A DNA stretch of 64,000 nt from Trypanosoma brucei (lineage: Eukaryota): NCBI GenBank assembly GCA_000002445.1, contig CM000207.1, positions 1,280,001 through 1,344,000 of the forward strand. The letters run 5' to 3'. Positions 1 to 9,704 of this stretch are shown piece by piece. The position numbers and the translations under genes were made by a program. Under the pieces are notes generated by a model, which saw only the letters and a program-made list of their open reading frames with translations, was not told the DNA's origin and searched no databases. How positions within the stretch are numbered: the first letter of the stretch is position 1; every line of letters starts with the position of its first letter.

Positions 1-735
1 TAAGCTCAAACGGATCCGTCGGCACCTCACATAACATCCTGGAAACATTCCGCATGATGCGACACGCCTTAACTTTGAGGTTGAGCGCAGAGATTGCCCA
101 GTTGCGTTTCTCCCCCCCCCCCGCCGCCCTGTTGTTAAGTTCACCGGGGCTTTACGATCGATAACGGGTCCATGCAAACGATAGCAAACACAATCGGGTG
201 TTGCGTTGCCTTCAGTGGTAAATATGCATACATACACACACACATATATATATATATCGAATCAATCATGGCCACTTATATACTCGCTTCGACACCGGGG
301 ACTGCGATACAATGAGCGACGAAACACTTTTTAACCCTTCGCATGCTAGCCGAATGTTGTACAGGCTCAAATGACGCTGCATCGTGTGTTGAGACAACGG
401 AGCTTTGACTCATCGGACGTTTCCAACGTGGGGTGTTCTGCAGTTCATTGATAGAAAAAGTTGTAGGAGCAAGGAAAAAAGAATCGAGCTCCGGCCTGCT
501 TCAACGGAGCATTCAAAGAGCATCACAAACCAAACAGGGCGAAAGGAAATGCAAAGCATAACGGTTTAAACCCCCACAGTGACATGGTTTGGGTGGGTGA
601 TGATAGAGCAGCAGTTGATTGAGCCAGTCGTTGACGGACGGAAAAATGAAGTCGTGGGGAGCAAGCTTGCAGCAGTGTTTGCTTGGTAACAACTGGGAGG
701 AAGAATAGCACAAAGTACCATCTGTACACTTGAAA

Positions 736-2361
736 TTAACACACCAAAAGTTCGCAAATCACTGGTGGGTACGGTTCCCTCAGCCGGTCCGACTTACCAG
801 GCGAAACTTGCGGTAGGGGCGGCCACAAGACACAACCCGGTGCTCGTGTATCACAGAGCTCTAAACCCCCATTCAGCGACACCCAACCCGTCCGCCACGG
901 CACCAGTGTGAGTGTCAGCGTCGTCATTCCGTTCGGCTCAACAACACCCACGGGAACAGCCAGCGGCCCCGCATACACAAACGCTGGCGCCAGCAGCTCT
1001 GGCCGGACCCGCAATGCTAAATCAACGGTTTGTTGCGTGTGGTGGTTGACGATGGCACACTCAAACTTGACAGGGGTTCCCACTTGCGGTGACGTGGGCT
1101 CCATGTTGGTTACATGCAATTCCAACATCGGATGCCTGGGAAGCTCAAGCTGCACGACACCACTACCGTCTCTTCCACTGTCTCCATTTGGCCGCCTCCA
1201 GTCCCAAACCACGTAACCAACGTCGACAATCCGCGGTGCCACGGCACCTACTTGTTCGGCAAGAGGCATCTGTCCCAACATAAGGGAGCGCACCGCCTCT
1301 GGCCTCATGGTAAACTCAAAGAAATATCTACGTTTGTCCTTCGGACTCAGAAAAACGTCGTCTACTACCTCAATTCCACCGCTCAGGTGGCGCACATTGG
1401 CACCACTTATATCACATTCTTCCGCTTCCCCAGCGGAATTTGATTCGCTGTGCGGTCCCGTGGTCACTTGATTCGCCACTGCACTTTTAGAAGACGACAG
1501 TACTTGAAAAGTCTCCCCAACACGTAGCTCCACATTTTCCACAACAATCGGAACCGTTGCGACATTTTGCAGACATACTGTTAATGCATACCTCCTAGAT
1601 GGAAAAAAGGAATCCGATGACCCAACTGAGGCGCTCGGGCCCTTTTCTTGCAACTGCCTATCATTGTCACCACCTCTGCCAAACGACGCGGGGAGAAGAC
1701 GAAGTGACCGACGAACTTCAATTATCGCATGTTCAACCTCAATCGTCGATGCCCATGTCAGTCGTTTTTGCTCCTTGACAACATCAACACATGTGGCCAC
1801 CACGCTGAGGGTATACTGACCAGGGGATGAGAGGAGATGCTCTACAGTAAAGGAGACGTTTCCCCTGGCTTCAATTGCGGGGCACTCATGGTTTACGAGA
1901 GTCACGTGCCGCACGGATGGTGTGACGATATTAATTCGTATTACTGCTGTTGTTAGAGGATACGCTGCAGCGTTGTGGAAACTTAAGATCGCACGAAACG
2001 GTTGACCAACGAAGTGCTTACCGACTACGGACGGCAGCGAAAGAACGGAACTAACGCCTTGCATTGCCAGTCGTGCCGCCTCGCTTCGTCGCTGGGAAAC
2101 CAATGGATCGCCACTCTGTTTGACCGTCACCAGGGGATGGTGGAGCGGATTAGCGAGAACATCAAAAAGAATATCGCCTTCTTCCACTAGTTCTGGTAGG
2201 GACGACTGGGCCAATTCAGGTTTACGAAGTACTGCTGCCCTGACAGTGAGGGGGTTTGCCAAGATGGCGGGCATGTAATCAGTCGCTGAGAATACAGAAA
2301 CTCCCCCATCCTTTTCTCCCTTAGCCCCGTTGAAAGAGGGTGATACACCGTCTTTTGACAT
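736..2361 (-). CDS. hypothetical conserved protein (541 aa); possible Ig-like/beta-sandwich C-terminal region
   Basis: Long uninterrupted ORF on the common coding strand with balanced, non-low-complexity composition. No motif I can name with confidence. Confidence 0.55.
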   Translation of the reverse strand: MSKDGVSPSFNGAKGEKDGGVSVFSATDYMPAILANPLTVRAAVLRKPELAQSSLPELVEEGDILFDVLANPLHHPLVTVKQSGDPLVSQRRSEAARLAMQGVSSVLSLPSVVGKHFVGQPFRAILSFHNAAAYPLTTAVIRINIVTPSVRHVTLVNHECPAIEARGNVSFTVEHLLSSPGQYTLSVVATCVDVVKEQKRLTWASTIEVEHAIIEVRRSLRLLPASFGRGGDNDRQLQEKGPSASVGSSDSFFPSRRYALTVCLQNVATVPIVVENVELRVGETFQVLSSSKSAVANQVTTGPHSESNSAGEAEECDISGANVRHLSGGIEVVDDVFLSPKDKRRYFFEFTMRPEAVRSLMLGQMPLAEQVGAVAPRIVDVGYVVWDWRRPNGDSGRDGSGVVQLELPRHPMLELHVTNMEPTSPQVGTPVKFECAIVNHHTQQTVDLALRVRPELLAPAFVYAGPLAVPVGVVEPNGMTTLTLTLVPWRTGWVSLNGGLELCDTRAPGCVLWPPLPQVSPGKSDRLREPYPPVICELLVC

Positions 2362-2808
2362 TGAGATAGCTAATTTTTTTTTTTAAAGCACGTTACCACA
2401 GTGAGAAAATGCACGTCGAGTGGCCGCGTTGAGACAGAAGAAATGCAAGTGTAAGTGTAAGCACATAACACACCAATTATGAATCGCACCAAGAAAAAGA
2501 CGGTGACAGGGGGAGGCTAAAAATAGACACAATCCCAATTAGAAGCAGGTGGTATGCTATGACAAATGCGTGCAGGAGACAGCAATGTTATACCAGTAAA
2601 CTCAGCAAATGAAGAAATGCAAATAAAGGATGTGGCAGTGTATGGAAAGAGGGCGCAAGCGAGTAGGAACGTATCCCTGCCTCCTTGCACTTGATGATTC
2701 GGACGGCACACACAGGAAATTCAATCGTCCATTCGAGGGGTTCTGTGTGCCATCAACTAACTCCACAGCGTATTTCTTCGTTTAGAGAAAGATGAGCAGC
2801 CAAACTTT

Positions 2809-4539
2809 TTACCAATCGTCATCATCGTCGGTTTTACGTTTCGGCGGAAGTTTTCCGGGAGCCGGTGGTGGCGGTGGCGGAGGAGGAGGAGGAGGCGCAA
2901 CCTTTGGTGGCGGTCCCTTCGGCGGTGGCGCTTTCGGAGGGGGTGGTGGAGGTGGCGGTGGTGGAACTCCACCCTTTTGTGGGGGTGCCGGTGCGTTTCT
3001 GTTTATCGCCATACCCTTCGATGGTCCAGAGGCGGGAGGGCGCCTGCCATGATCGTCGTCTTCATCCTCACCGTCAGAGTGCATTCCCAATATCCCTTTG
3101 CGACGATTCGCAAGCAGAGAAGAAAGCGCATCAAGGTTGCTCTTCGTTGCTGGTTTAGGGGCCGGTTTAACATCCGATTTGGCGGCCGGCTTCGCGGGTG
3201 CCTTTGCTTGCCCGGGTGGTGGTGGTGGAGGAGGCGGGGGTGGAGCCGGTGGTGCATTACCAATTGGTAGTCCTTTCGTCGCAGCTGCTCCGGGTAATGA
3301 AGGCATGGGTGGTGGCGCTTTTATTGGTGGAGGGGGTGGCGCCTTCATTTTTCCCGCAAACATTGGTGGCGGCGGCGGGGGTGGTGGTGGCGCTTTACCG
3401 GGTGGTCGCAATCCACCTGGCGGTGGGGGTGGTGGTGGAAGCCCACTTGGCACGAGAGCACGTGAGGACGGGCCACCTGCTGCATCAGGACCTGCGGTAA
3501 TCGCCAATGCCTCCTGACCTTTCTTTTTATTTCGAGTCGACCCACTGCCACTTCCAACTGAATCACCCCTTTCCCCAAGCCGTCGCTGCCCGCTTGGCGC
3601 GATGTTGTCCTGGTCCTCCAAACTGTAGGCATTCCACGCAACCTCCGCAATGCCTTCAAGGGGCAAGTTTTCTGGGAGATCGTCCATCAGATTCGCCACC
3701 TCCTCCATCAGCGGGACGAAGGCGTATTCATCAGTCGACGCTTGGGTCACGTAATCGCGGTGCACATCTGATGTACCAAGTCGCTGCTTGGTGGCTACGA
3801 CACGCTCTTGCCGCTGTTGCGTCAGCACATCCATTTCATGGTACTCTTTGTAGAGGTTCTCCCTAGTATTAAATAATAATAGCGAGCTGACGCTCATGAG
3901 ATGTGCCGGTAGTCTCCCAAGGCCGCGATCCACACCACTATGATAGCGCCACGTCGCACCAAGCGGCATTAAGCTCTTAACTGTTGCCTCCTGCAATGGA
4001 TGCTGCGGTTTCATTAACCGCTGCTCTGCTCCAGGGCAATCAAGGCGACGGACGGGCTTCGGATATGCATCCTCCCCTTCCTGGCCTCCAAGCTGCCATG
4101 GGTCGGAGCCGTTGCCGCTATCGCCCCCGCTACTGCCCACCACTGGTGATGCACCCGAATCATCTGCTTGAATGATTGCTGGCATGACATACGCCCTTTC
4201 TGGCACACAGCCTCGATCCTCACACGGTGCGCGCCCTATTGGAAGCGTGTAGTGTTTTTGTTTTGGAAATCGAACCCTACTCTTCACCACCATCGCCTCC
4301 CTACGTCCTTGAAGCTGCTCGACTTGATCAGCACAAACCGCGATGCGTCCCTGAAGTTGCTCCAGTGTTTCGCGTGACCGCTCAACAGCCTGTTCAATGT
4401 TACCAAAGACACGTTCGCTTGTTTGATCAAGCCGCCCAAGAGCCCTGATGACGGACAGCATCGACGCATACCCACCATTTGTCAAGGGAACCGGCAGAGT
4501 ATACCCATGTATGGGTGTCATAGTGGTCTCCTTGTACAT
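2809..4539 (-). CDS. proline-rich SCAR/WAVE-like actin nucleation-promoting factor candidate (576 aa)
   Basis: N-terminal segment 'LSVIRALGRLDQTSERVFGNIEQAVERSRETLEQLQGRIAVCADQVEQL' resembles the SCAR/WAVE homology domain ('IRQLGSLSKYAEDIFGELF...RVDRL...V.QL'). Several poly-Pro tracts (PPPPPPPPP) could act as profilin-binding sites. A WH2-like 'LDALSSLLANRRKGILG' is followed by an acidic stretch. The protein ends ...KRKTDDDDDW, an acidic tail with a C-terminal Trp as in VCA domains. Confidence 0.5.
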   Translation of the reverse strand: MYKETTMTPIHGYTLPVPLTNGGYASMLSVIRALGRLDQTSERVFGNIEQAVERSRETLEQLQGRIAVCADQVEQLQGRREAMVVKSRVRFPKQKHYTLPIGRAPCEDRGCVPERAYVMPAIIQADDSGASPVVGSSGGDSGNGSDPWQLGGQEGEDAYPKPVRRLDCPGAEQRLMKPQHPLQEATVKSLMPLGATWRYHSGVDRGLGRLPAHLMSVSSLLLFNTRENLYKEYHEMDVLTQQRQERVVATKQRLGTSDVHRDYVTQASTDEYAFVPLMEEVANLMDDLPENLPLEGIAEVAWNAYSLEDQDNIAPSGQRRLGERGDSVGSGSGSTRNKKKGQEALAITAGPDAAGGPSSRALVPSGLPPPPPPPGGLRPPGKAPPPPPPPPPMFAGKMKAPPPPPIKAPPPMPSLPGAAATKGLPIGNAPPAPPPPPPPPPPGQAKAPAKPAAKSDVKPAPKPATKSNLDALSSLLANRRKGILGMHSDGEDEDDDHGRRPPASGPSKGMAINRNAPAPPQKGGVPPPPPPPPPPKAPPPKGPPPKVAPPPPPPPPPPPAPGKLPPKRKTDDDDDW

Positions 4540-4900
4540 GGAATGTCAAAATATGACACTACAGTTCGCAAGCAATGAGGATAGTACGACCACCTTCCGC
4601 CTGGAATTTCTTCGCAAGGTTGGCCCCTCTGGTTCCCCTTTCCGCCAGTGGCAAGCACACATAATATCATCAAAAGATGGTCGGTATGTTAAATTGAGGG
4701 GGGGGGGCAAAGAGAGAGAGAGAGAGCGAGAAAAAAGGGGGAAAAATTAAACATAAATGCTAGCAAACACCCTGCGTTCCAACATGTGAGTCCAACAACG
4801 TTGCACCACAAGACGACAGACGCAAAAATCATTAAAAGGAACAGTTAAGCAGCAGAAAAGTAGAAATGAACGCTCAATCGAGCAAAAGAGCCGTGGTCGT

Positions 4901-5542
4901 TTAGGCCATGATGTTGTATGGGGTGATCTTACCCTTTGGTGTGATCAGCTTCACGTGGAGGCCGCGTTGTTGCAACTTCCCTGCGTCACGTAACTCCTCG
5001 TACTCATTTCGGAGGATGTTTGTGAAGCCCCAATATTTCGATATCACAATGATTTGCCTACCAGGGAACTTCATCTTAGCACGGCGAAGAGACTCCAGTG
5101 CCTGTGGGACGTATGTGTCCTTTGTCCTCATAGACAAGAGGATCTGACCAATCCGCACGCGGGCGCAGGTCCCATTCGGTTTGCCGTACGACTGCCGCAT
5201 GCCCGTCTGCAGACGATCGGCGCCAGCACACGAAAGCATTTTGTTGATGCGAAGTACGTGGAACGGATGGGCGCGGATACGCATGTGGAAACATTCCTTG
5301 TTGGCACGCTTCACCATATACTTGTTAGCCTGAATACGGGCAGCTTCCAATGCCTCAGATGAGATTTGCTCTAGTTCACGGGACACAACATGGACACACA
5401 CGGGGAACTCATCCACTGGCGCACGGCGCTTACCAATGTCGAAGGTGCGAATCCTCGGGTCCGGTACACCACGACAGAAGCGTGACTTAGGATACGGTTT
5501 GTTCTTGCAGAAGCGGTAGCAACGTGCGGGACGGCGAGCCAT
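4901..5542 (-). CDS. RPL10: 60S ribosomal protein L10 (QM/uL16), copy 1
   Basis: 213 aa beginning '[47 protein letters not shown]', the canonical eukaryotic L10/QM N-terminus. Conserved along its full length. Confidence 0.95.
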   Translation of the reverse strand: MARRPARCYRFCKNKPYPKSRFCRGVPDPRIRTFDIGKRRAPVDEFPVCVHVVSRELEQISSEALEAARIQANKYMVKRANKECFHMRIRAHPFHVLRINKMLSCAGADRLQTGMRQSYGKPNGTCARVRIGQILLSMRTKDTYVPQALESLRRAKMKFPGRQIIVISKYWGFTNILRNEYEELRDAGKLQQRGLHVKLITPKGKITPYNIMA

Positions 5543-5568
5543 GACGAATCTTTTGGCCGATCAAACCA

Positions 5569-5640
5569 CTGCAGAAACAAGAAGTATAAGAAAGTACAGA
5601 CAAAGGAAAAAAAGGAAAGATGTGAGGAAAAAGTTATGTT
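5569..5640 (-). promoter_or_regulatory. predicted polypyrimidine tract + AG trans-splice (spliced-leader) acceptor region for RPL10 copy 1 (equivalent: 43165..43236 for copy 2)
   Basis: Minus-strand reading gives 'ctttttcctcacatctttcctttttttcctttgtctgtactttcttatacttcttgtttctgcag|tggtttgatcggcc...ATG'. A pyrimidine run followed by AG about 27 nt upstream of the ATG is the standard kinetoplastid arrangement. The exact AG used is unverified. Confidence 0.4.
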
Positions 5641-5792
5641 AACATCACAATGGATGGAGGATTCACTGTGCACGACTGAGACGGTGGGTCAACATTACGT
5701 GACTCACGTTTAACTTTCAGGCCATTATTTTTAAAAAGGAAATTAAGAAAAAACTTTTCACCTCGGTAATCGCTCACGAAAAGCACTCTCGA

Positions 5793-6359
5793 TCAGTTGG
5801 GATCCATCGTCAGTTCCATGATAGCATTGACGATATCTCCCTTGTTGTTCCGAAGGGCGCGGATTGCTCCAATGCGGTCCGTTTTGCCTTGTGCCATAAC
5901 CACAGCAATCTCCTTATCGTCGAATTCGCCTTCCACAATCTCGACATCGTCGGGAGTCTGTTTGCTCTCAGATGGGGCAGCTGCTGCAGGAGTTTCACCA
6001 GCAAGCTCAGAGGTTTCCTCTCCTGCAGTTCCCACCTCCTCCACAAGGGCGCCAGACACCGCGCGAGCTGCGGCTTCCTGCGTTTGCATCGTTGTGTCGC
6101 CAAGCTGAGCTTCACCAAAGATTAGGAATGTGTTGGTTCCTGGAAAGCGGTACACCTCGGGTTGGTTCACCACAAAAGAGAGCGCCGCACGTTTGCGAAT
6201 GTGTACCTTAGAGATGTTTGGCTCAGGTTTCAAACCCATCTTGGCCATAGCCTTTGCGTAGCGCTTGGATGGCTTGGAAGCCTGTTGAGTGTCAGCAGCT
6301 TCGAGGGTTGGGACCTCGTCGTCTTCCACTGGAGGGTTTTGAACATCGTTAGCGCTCAT
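5793..6359 (-). CDS. NACA: nascent polypeptide-associated complex alpha subunit (NAC-alpha), tandem copy A
   Basis: 188 aa. NAC domain 'KVHIRKRAALSFVVNQPEVYRFPGTNTFLIFGEAQ' and C-terminal UBA-like 'KTDRIGAIRALRNNKGDIVNAIMELT'. Confidence 0.9.
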   Translation of the reverse strand: MSANDVQNPPVEDDEVPTLEAADTQQASKPSKRYAKAMAKMGLKPEPNISKVHIRKRAALSFVVNQPEVYRFPGTNTFLIFGEAQLGDTTMQTQEAAARAVSGALVEEVGTAGEETSELAGETPAAAAPSESKQTPDDVEIVEGEFDDKEIAVVMAQGKTDRIGAIRALRNNKGDIVNAIMELTMDPN

Positions 6360-6760
6360 CGTGATGGTCCGGGTTACTGTTCAGATTGGATGTAGCGAAA
6401 GAAATGTAAGAAGGGAAAAGAAAAGTTGAAATGCGCATAAAACAGGGAGGGAGAAATCTAAAAGCAGACACGCAGAGAAAAACGAAGGAATGAGGCGAAT
6501 GTAGTAGCACAAACATTTTTATAATTTTTGTATCACTTACTCTTTTCTGTTATCACTGTATATTGTTCTCGCACATTCTTTCCTTCGTAACTTACAAGCA
6601 GGTGGCCACGGAAACACTCCTAGGCAGAACCCCACAAATCACTTCTGAGAGTCCACTTCAAATCTCATATTTTTTTCTTACAGTTTTCATTTCCCTCCAT
6701 CCCCCTTATGTCCTTATTGGGGGTTTCACTTACACTGTTGCTCACGAAAAGCACTCTCGA

Positions 6761-7327
6761 TCAGTTGGGATCCATCGTCAGTTCCATGATAGCATTGACG
6801 ATATCTCCCTTGTTGTTCCGAAGGGCGCGGATTGCTCCAATGCGGTCCGTTTTGCCTTGTGCCATAACCACAGCAATCTCCTTATCGTCGAATTCGCCTT
6901 CCACAATCTCGACATCGTCGGGAGTCTGTTTGCTCTCAGATGGGGCAGCTGCTGCAGGAGTTTCACCAGCAAGCTCAGAGGTTTCCTCTCCTGCAGTTCC
7001 CACCTCCTCCACAAGGGCGCCAGACACCGCGCGAGCTGCGGCTTCCTGCGTTTGCATCGTTGTGTCGCCAAGCTGAGCTTCACCAAAGATTAGGAATGTG
7101 TTGGTTCCTGGAAAGCGGTACACCTCGGGTTGGTTCACCACAAAAGAGAGCGCCGCACGTTTGCGAATGTGTACCTTAGAGATGTTTGGCTCAGGTTTCA
7201 AACCCATCTTGGCCATAGCCTTTGCGTAGCGCTTGGATGGCTTGGAAGCCTGTTGAGTGTCAGCAGCTTCGAGGGTTGGGACCTCGTCGTCTTCCACTGG
7301 AGGGTTTTGAACATCGTTAGCGCTCAT
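6761..7327 (-). CDS. NACA: nascent polypeptide-associated complex alpha subunit (NAC-alpha), tandem copy B
   Basis: Protein and DNA identical to copy A (identity block 6740..7443 = 5772..6475). Confidence 0.9.
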   Translation of the reverse strand: MSANDVQNPPVEDDEVPTLEAADTQQASKPSKRYAKAMAKMGLKPEPNISKVHIRKRAALSFVVNQPEVYRFPGTNTFLIFGEAQLGDTTMQTQEAAARAVSGALVEEVGTAGEETSELAGETPAAAAPSESKQTPDDVEIVEGEFDDKEIAVVMAQGKTDRIGAIRALRNNKGDIVNAIMELTMDPN

Positions 7328-8333
7328 CGTGATGGTCCGGGTTACTGTTCAGATTGGATGTAGCGAAAGAAATGTAAGAAGGGAAAAGAAAAGTTGAAAT
7401 GCGCATAAAACAGGGAGGGAGAAATCTAAAAGCAGACACGCAGTGGATAAATAATGTAAAGGAAGATGTGTATGCATGTAGATAAATTCGCTGATTCAAA
7501 TGTAAATATATAAGCAGAGGAAATTCCCCCTCCCTCTCCCCCGATTATAGCTGTCGTTGTCTCGTTTGTGGGATCATGCCGTAGATTGCGTTTGCAGGAC
7601 AAACACCCCTCATGCTTTTCATGAATGCAGCACTAGTCTTGTTATTATTAATATATATATATATATTGCATTCACAGCACAGGCAGGAACCAGGGTAAGA
7701 AATTTACTGATGCCAATGCTACAACATGACTAACTCGCCAAAGGTGAAACAACAGCATTTACCCCCCTTTTTGCTTCGCTCTCCTGCGTCGTCGTACTTC
7801 CCAGCATCTTTCCCGCTGCACGCCAATCGACTACCAATACGGGCGATGGTGTTGGAAAATAACTACAGAGGAATTCCCCTATTTACACGTTACTTAAACT
7901 GCGTTCGTGCCGCTGACCGTCATGATGAAGAAAAAAAATGTGTGCATTGTGTCACCGCTCCCAATGTATGTAGTGAAGTGTAACCGCCAACAACGAAACG
8001 TCAAACGAATGACTTGCTAACAGTGAAGAGAGTAGGATTTCATTCCGCCGCGAAGCCTTTTTTTCTTCTTCGTAGGGAAGATGATCGACACCAAAATATA
8101 TATAAATAAAGGATGCATGTTGAAAAGCGCATGCAACGCGTACTGCACGGCACTTAGGTACTATTGTATGGAAAACATCTGTTCCCCATAGACAACAGTT
8201 CCAGGAGGGGGAAACCGTCTGACGCGATCCAAGTTGTTCTTGACGCGCAGATGTCTATTCGTTCGCTTCACGTAACATTTATGTAGTTTTCACCTCACTG
8301 TGGAGGTACTCAGACAACAATGCAGAGAACACA

Positions 8334-8336
<3 letters not shown>

Positions 8337-8368
<32 letters not shown>
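8337..8368. repeat. (TA)16 microsatellite; similar (TA)n at 245-258, 9721-9746, 25681-25706, 26518-26538, 31283-31300, 35476-35500
   Basis: Seen directly. Confidence 0.95.
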
Positions 8369-8371
<3 letters not shown>

Positions 8372-8411
8372 ACTCTTTATTACTGCAACGTAAAATTTAA
8401 AGTGGCCATGA

Positions 8412-9704
8412 TCACACCACTTCATCAGCCCCCCGTTTCCTCTGCTGATGTTCGCCCGGTACTGTTTCACACCTAAAGCTGTTAGATGCACCCGTGTTGC
8501 GTGGAGACAGTGGTGTGGTTGCCCCACGTTCAGCATCGTCTTCCTCATTCGCAACCCCAAACAACATGGCTTCGTATACCCGAGATGCGGTGCAAAACAT
8601 GATGACTGATGCAAGAAATAAGGAGATAAAGATGACTTGTATGGGTATCACCGCAACAGCTGCTGAAGGATTAAAGCCGTCAGTCCATTTGTTAATCTCA
8701 ACATTGGCTTTTGCCGCAATCATGCATGCCACATATATCATACTGCTGTAAACCACGAAAAGAAACGCAGAGGTACTCTTCTGAGATGCTTGCTGGTTTG
8801 GCTGCTCCACTTTGCTACAGATCATGCAGAAACATAAGTGAAGCAGTGCCTTCAAACCAAGACACGCAATGAGTGGGGAGAACACAATCCAGAAGGAAAG
8901 TGGTTCGTCCTTACTTTCCTCACTCTTTTGCATAGCACGAAGCATTAGAAGCGTGAAGAAGGCAATAGCACACCCCTCCTCAAATAACACCATGACAACA
9001 AACAGACAATATTTCTTGCGCGAAAACGTCACCTCTCCACTGCCATCTTCGGAATTCTGCACAAACCTTGACGGGAACAGATGAGGTATGATATGAAGGA
9101 CACGCACTGCGTAAAACGCTATGGCCGGCGAAAGGGCAACAGGCCATGACAGCGCACCGCACAACCCAGCAACGAATGTTGCAATACTACCAACGAATAG
9201 TAGGATTTCAACCCCGACACATACACATAAAAAGTCCAACTGTTTGATTCCAGCAGCCAACAAACCTAAAGCGAGTAATATGGGGGGTGCCAGGGCAATC
9301 CAAAGAGGAATAAACACCACGGGCCATTTCCAACTCAATTCGTAGTCCAATCGAACAACAACAAGCTCTAACTGGAGTAACAGCAGTAGTATCAACATCA
9401 TAACAAGGAAACACAGGAAACGGAAGGCGGACGGGTTCACAGGTACGTTCATTTCATTAAGTTTGTTTAGGGTAGCAACGCCCTCCCTTCCAAAGGTGTT
9501 GTACGTGCGTCGTTGCTGCTCATCGCTAAGGATGCTGTACGCCTCTTGCAAACGAGTGAACTGCTCTGTGGTTGTGCCATCCGTTTTATCGGGGTGAAGA
9601 ATGAGTGCTAGTCGATGGTACGCACGCTTAATTTCCTGTGGCGTGGCATTTTCGTTCACTTCCATAAGTGTGTACAGAGAGCCACTGCATTTTCGACCCA
9701 GCAT
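8412..9704 (-). CDS. J-domain (DnaJ-like) polytopic membrane protein
   Basis: N-terminal J domain 'SLYTLMEVNENATPQEIKRAYHRLALILHPDKT' with the HPD tripeptide. It is followed by at least 6 long hydrophobic stretches that are predicted TM helices. Confidence 0.8.
   Translation of the reverse strand: MLGRKCSGSLYTLMEVNENATPQEIKRAYHRLALILHPDKTDGTTTEQFTRLQEAYSILSDEQQRRTYNTFGREGVATLNKLNEMNVPVNPSAFRFLCFLVMMLILLLLLQLELVVVRLDYELSWKWPVVFIPLWIALAPPILLALGLLAAGIKQLDFLCVCVGVEILLFVGSIATFVAGLCGALSWPVALSPAIAFYAVRVLHIIPHLFPSRFVQNSEDGSGEVTFSRKKYCLFVVMVLFEEGCAIAFFTLLMLRAMQKSEESKDEPLSFWIVFSPLIACLGLKALLHLCFCMICSKVEQPNQQASQKSTSAFLFVVYSSMIYVACMIAAKANVEINKWTDGFNPSAAVAVIPIQVIFISLFLASVIMFCTASRVYEAMLFGVANEEDDAERGATTPLSPRNTGASNSFRCETVPGEHQQRKRGADEVV

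Larger units (their letters stand above)
4899..5660. repeat. 762-bp dispersed duplicate (RPL10 CDS + 118 bp 5' flank), identical to 42495..43256
   Basis: Direct comparison of the two regions in the sequence. Identity begins 2 bp 3' of the stop codon and ends 118 bp upstream of the ATG. Flanks are unrelated beyond those points. Confidence 0.9.
5772..7443. repeat. tandem NAC-alpha duplication: two identical 704-bp blocks (5772..6475, 6740..7443) separated by a unique 264-bp spacer
   Basis: Direct comparison. The period is 968 bp. Each block is the CDS plus 21 bp 3' and 116 bp 5' flank. Confidence 0.9.

Noticed and set aside
5371-5673. 100-aa ORF upstream of RPL10 copy 1 and its 145-aa counterpart at 42967..43404
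   Set aside because: These overlap the polypyrimidine 5' UTR/SL-acceptor region of RPL10 and consist of Phe/Ser/Leu-rich UTR translation. Their shared portion is explained by the duplication block.
6563-7093. Plus-strand ORFs (176 aa and others) overlapping NAC-alpha copy B, and many other + strand ORFs >60 aa throughout (e.g. 3098..3517, 55689..56462, 20187..20681)
   Set aside because: They are antisense to well-supported minus-strand genes, often low-complexity (Gly-rich opposite the poly-Pro codons). Overlapping genes on the opposite strand are not expected in a kinetoplastid directional cluster.
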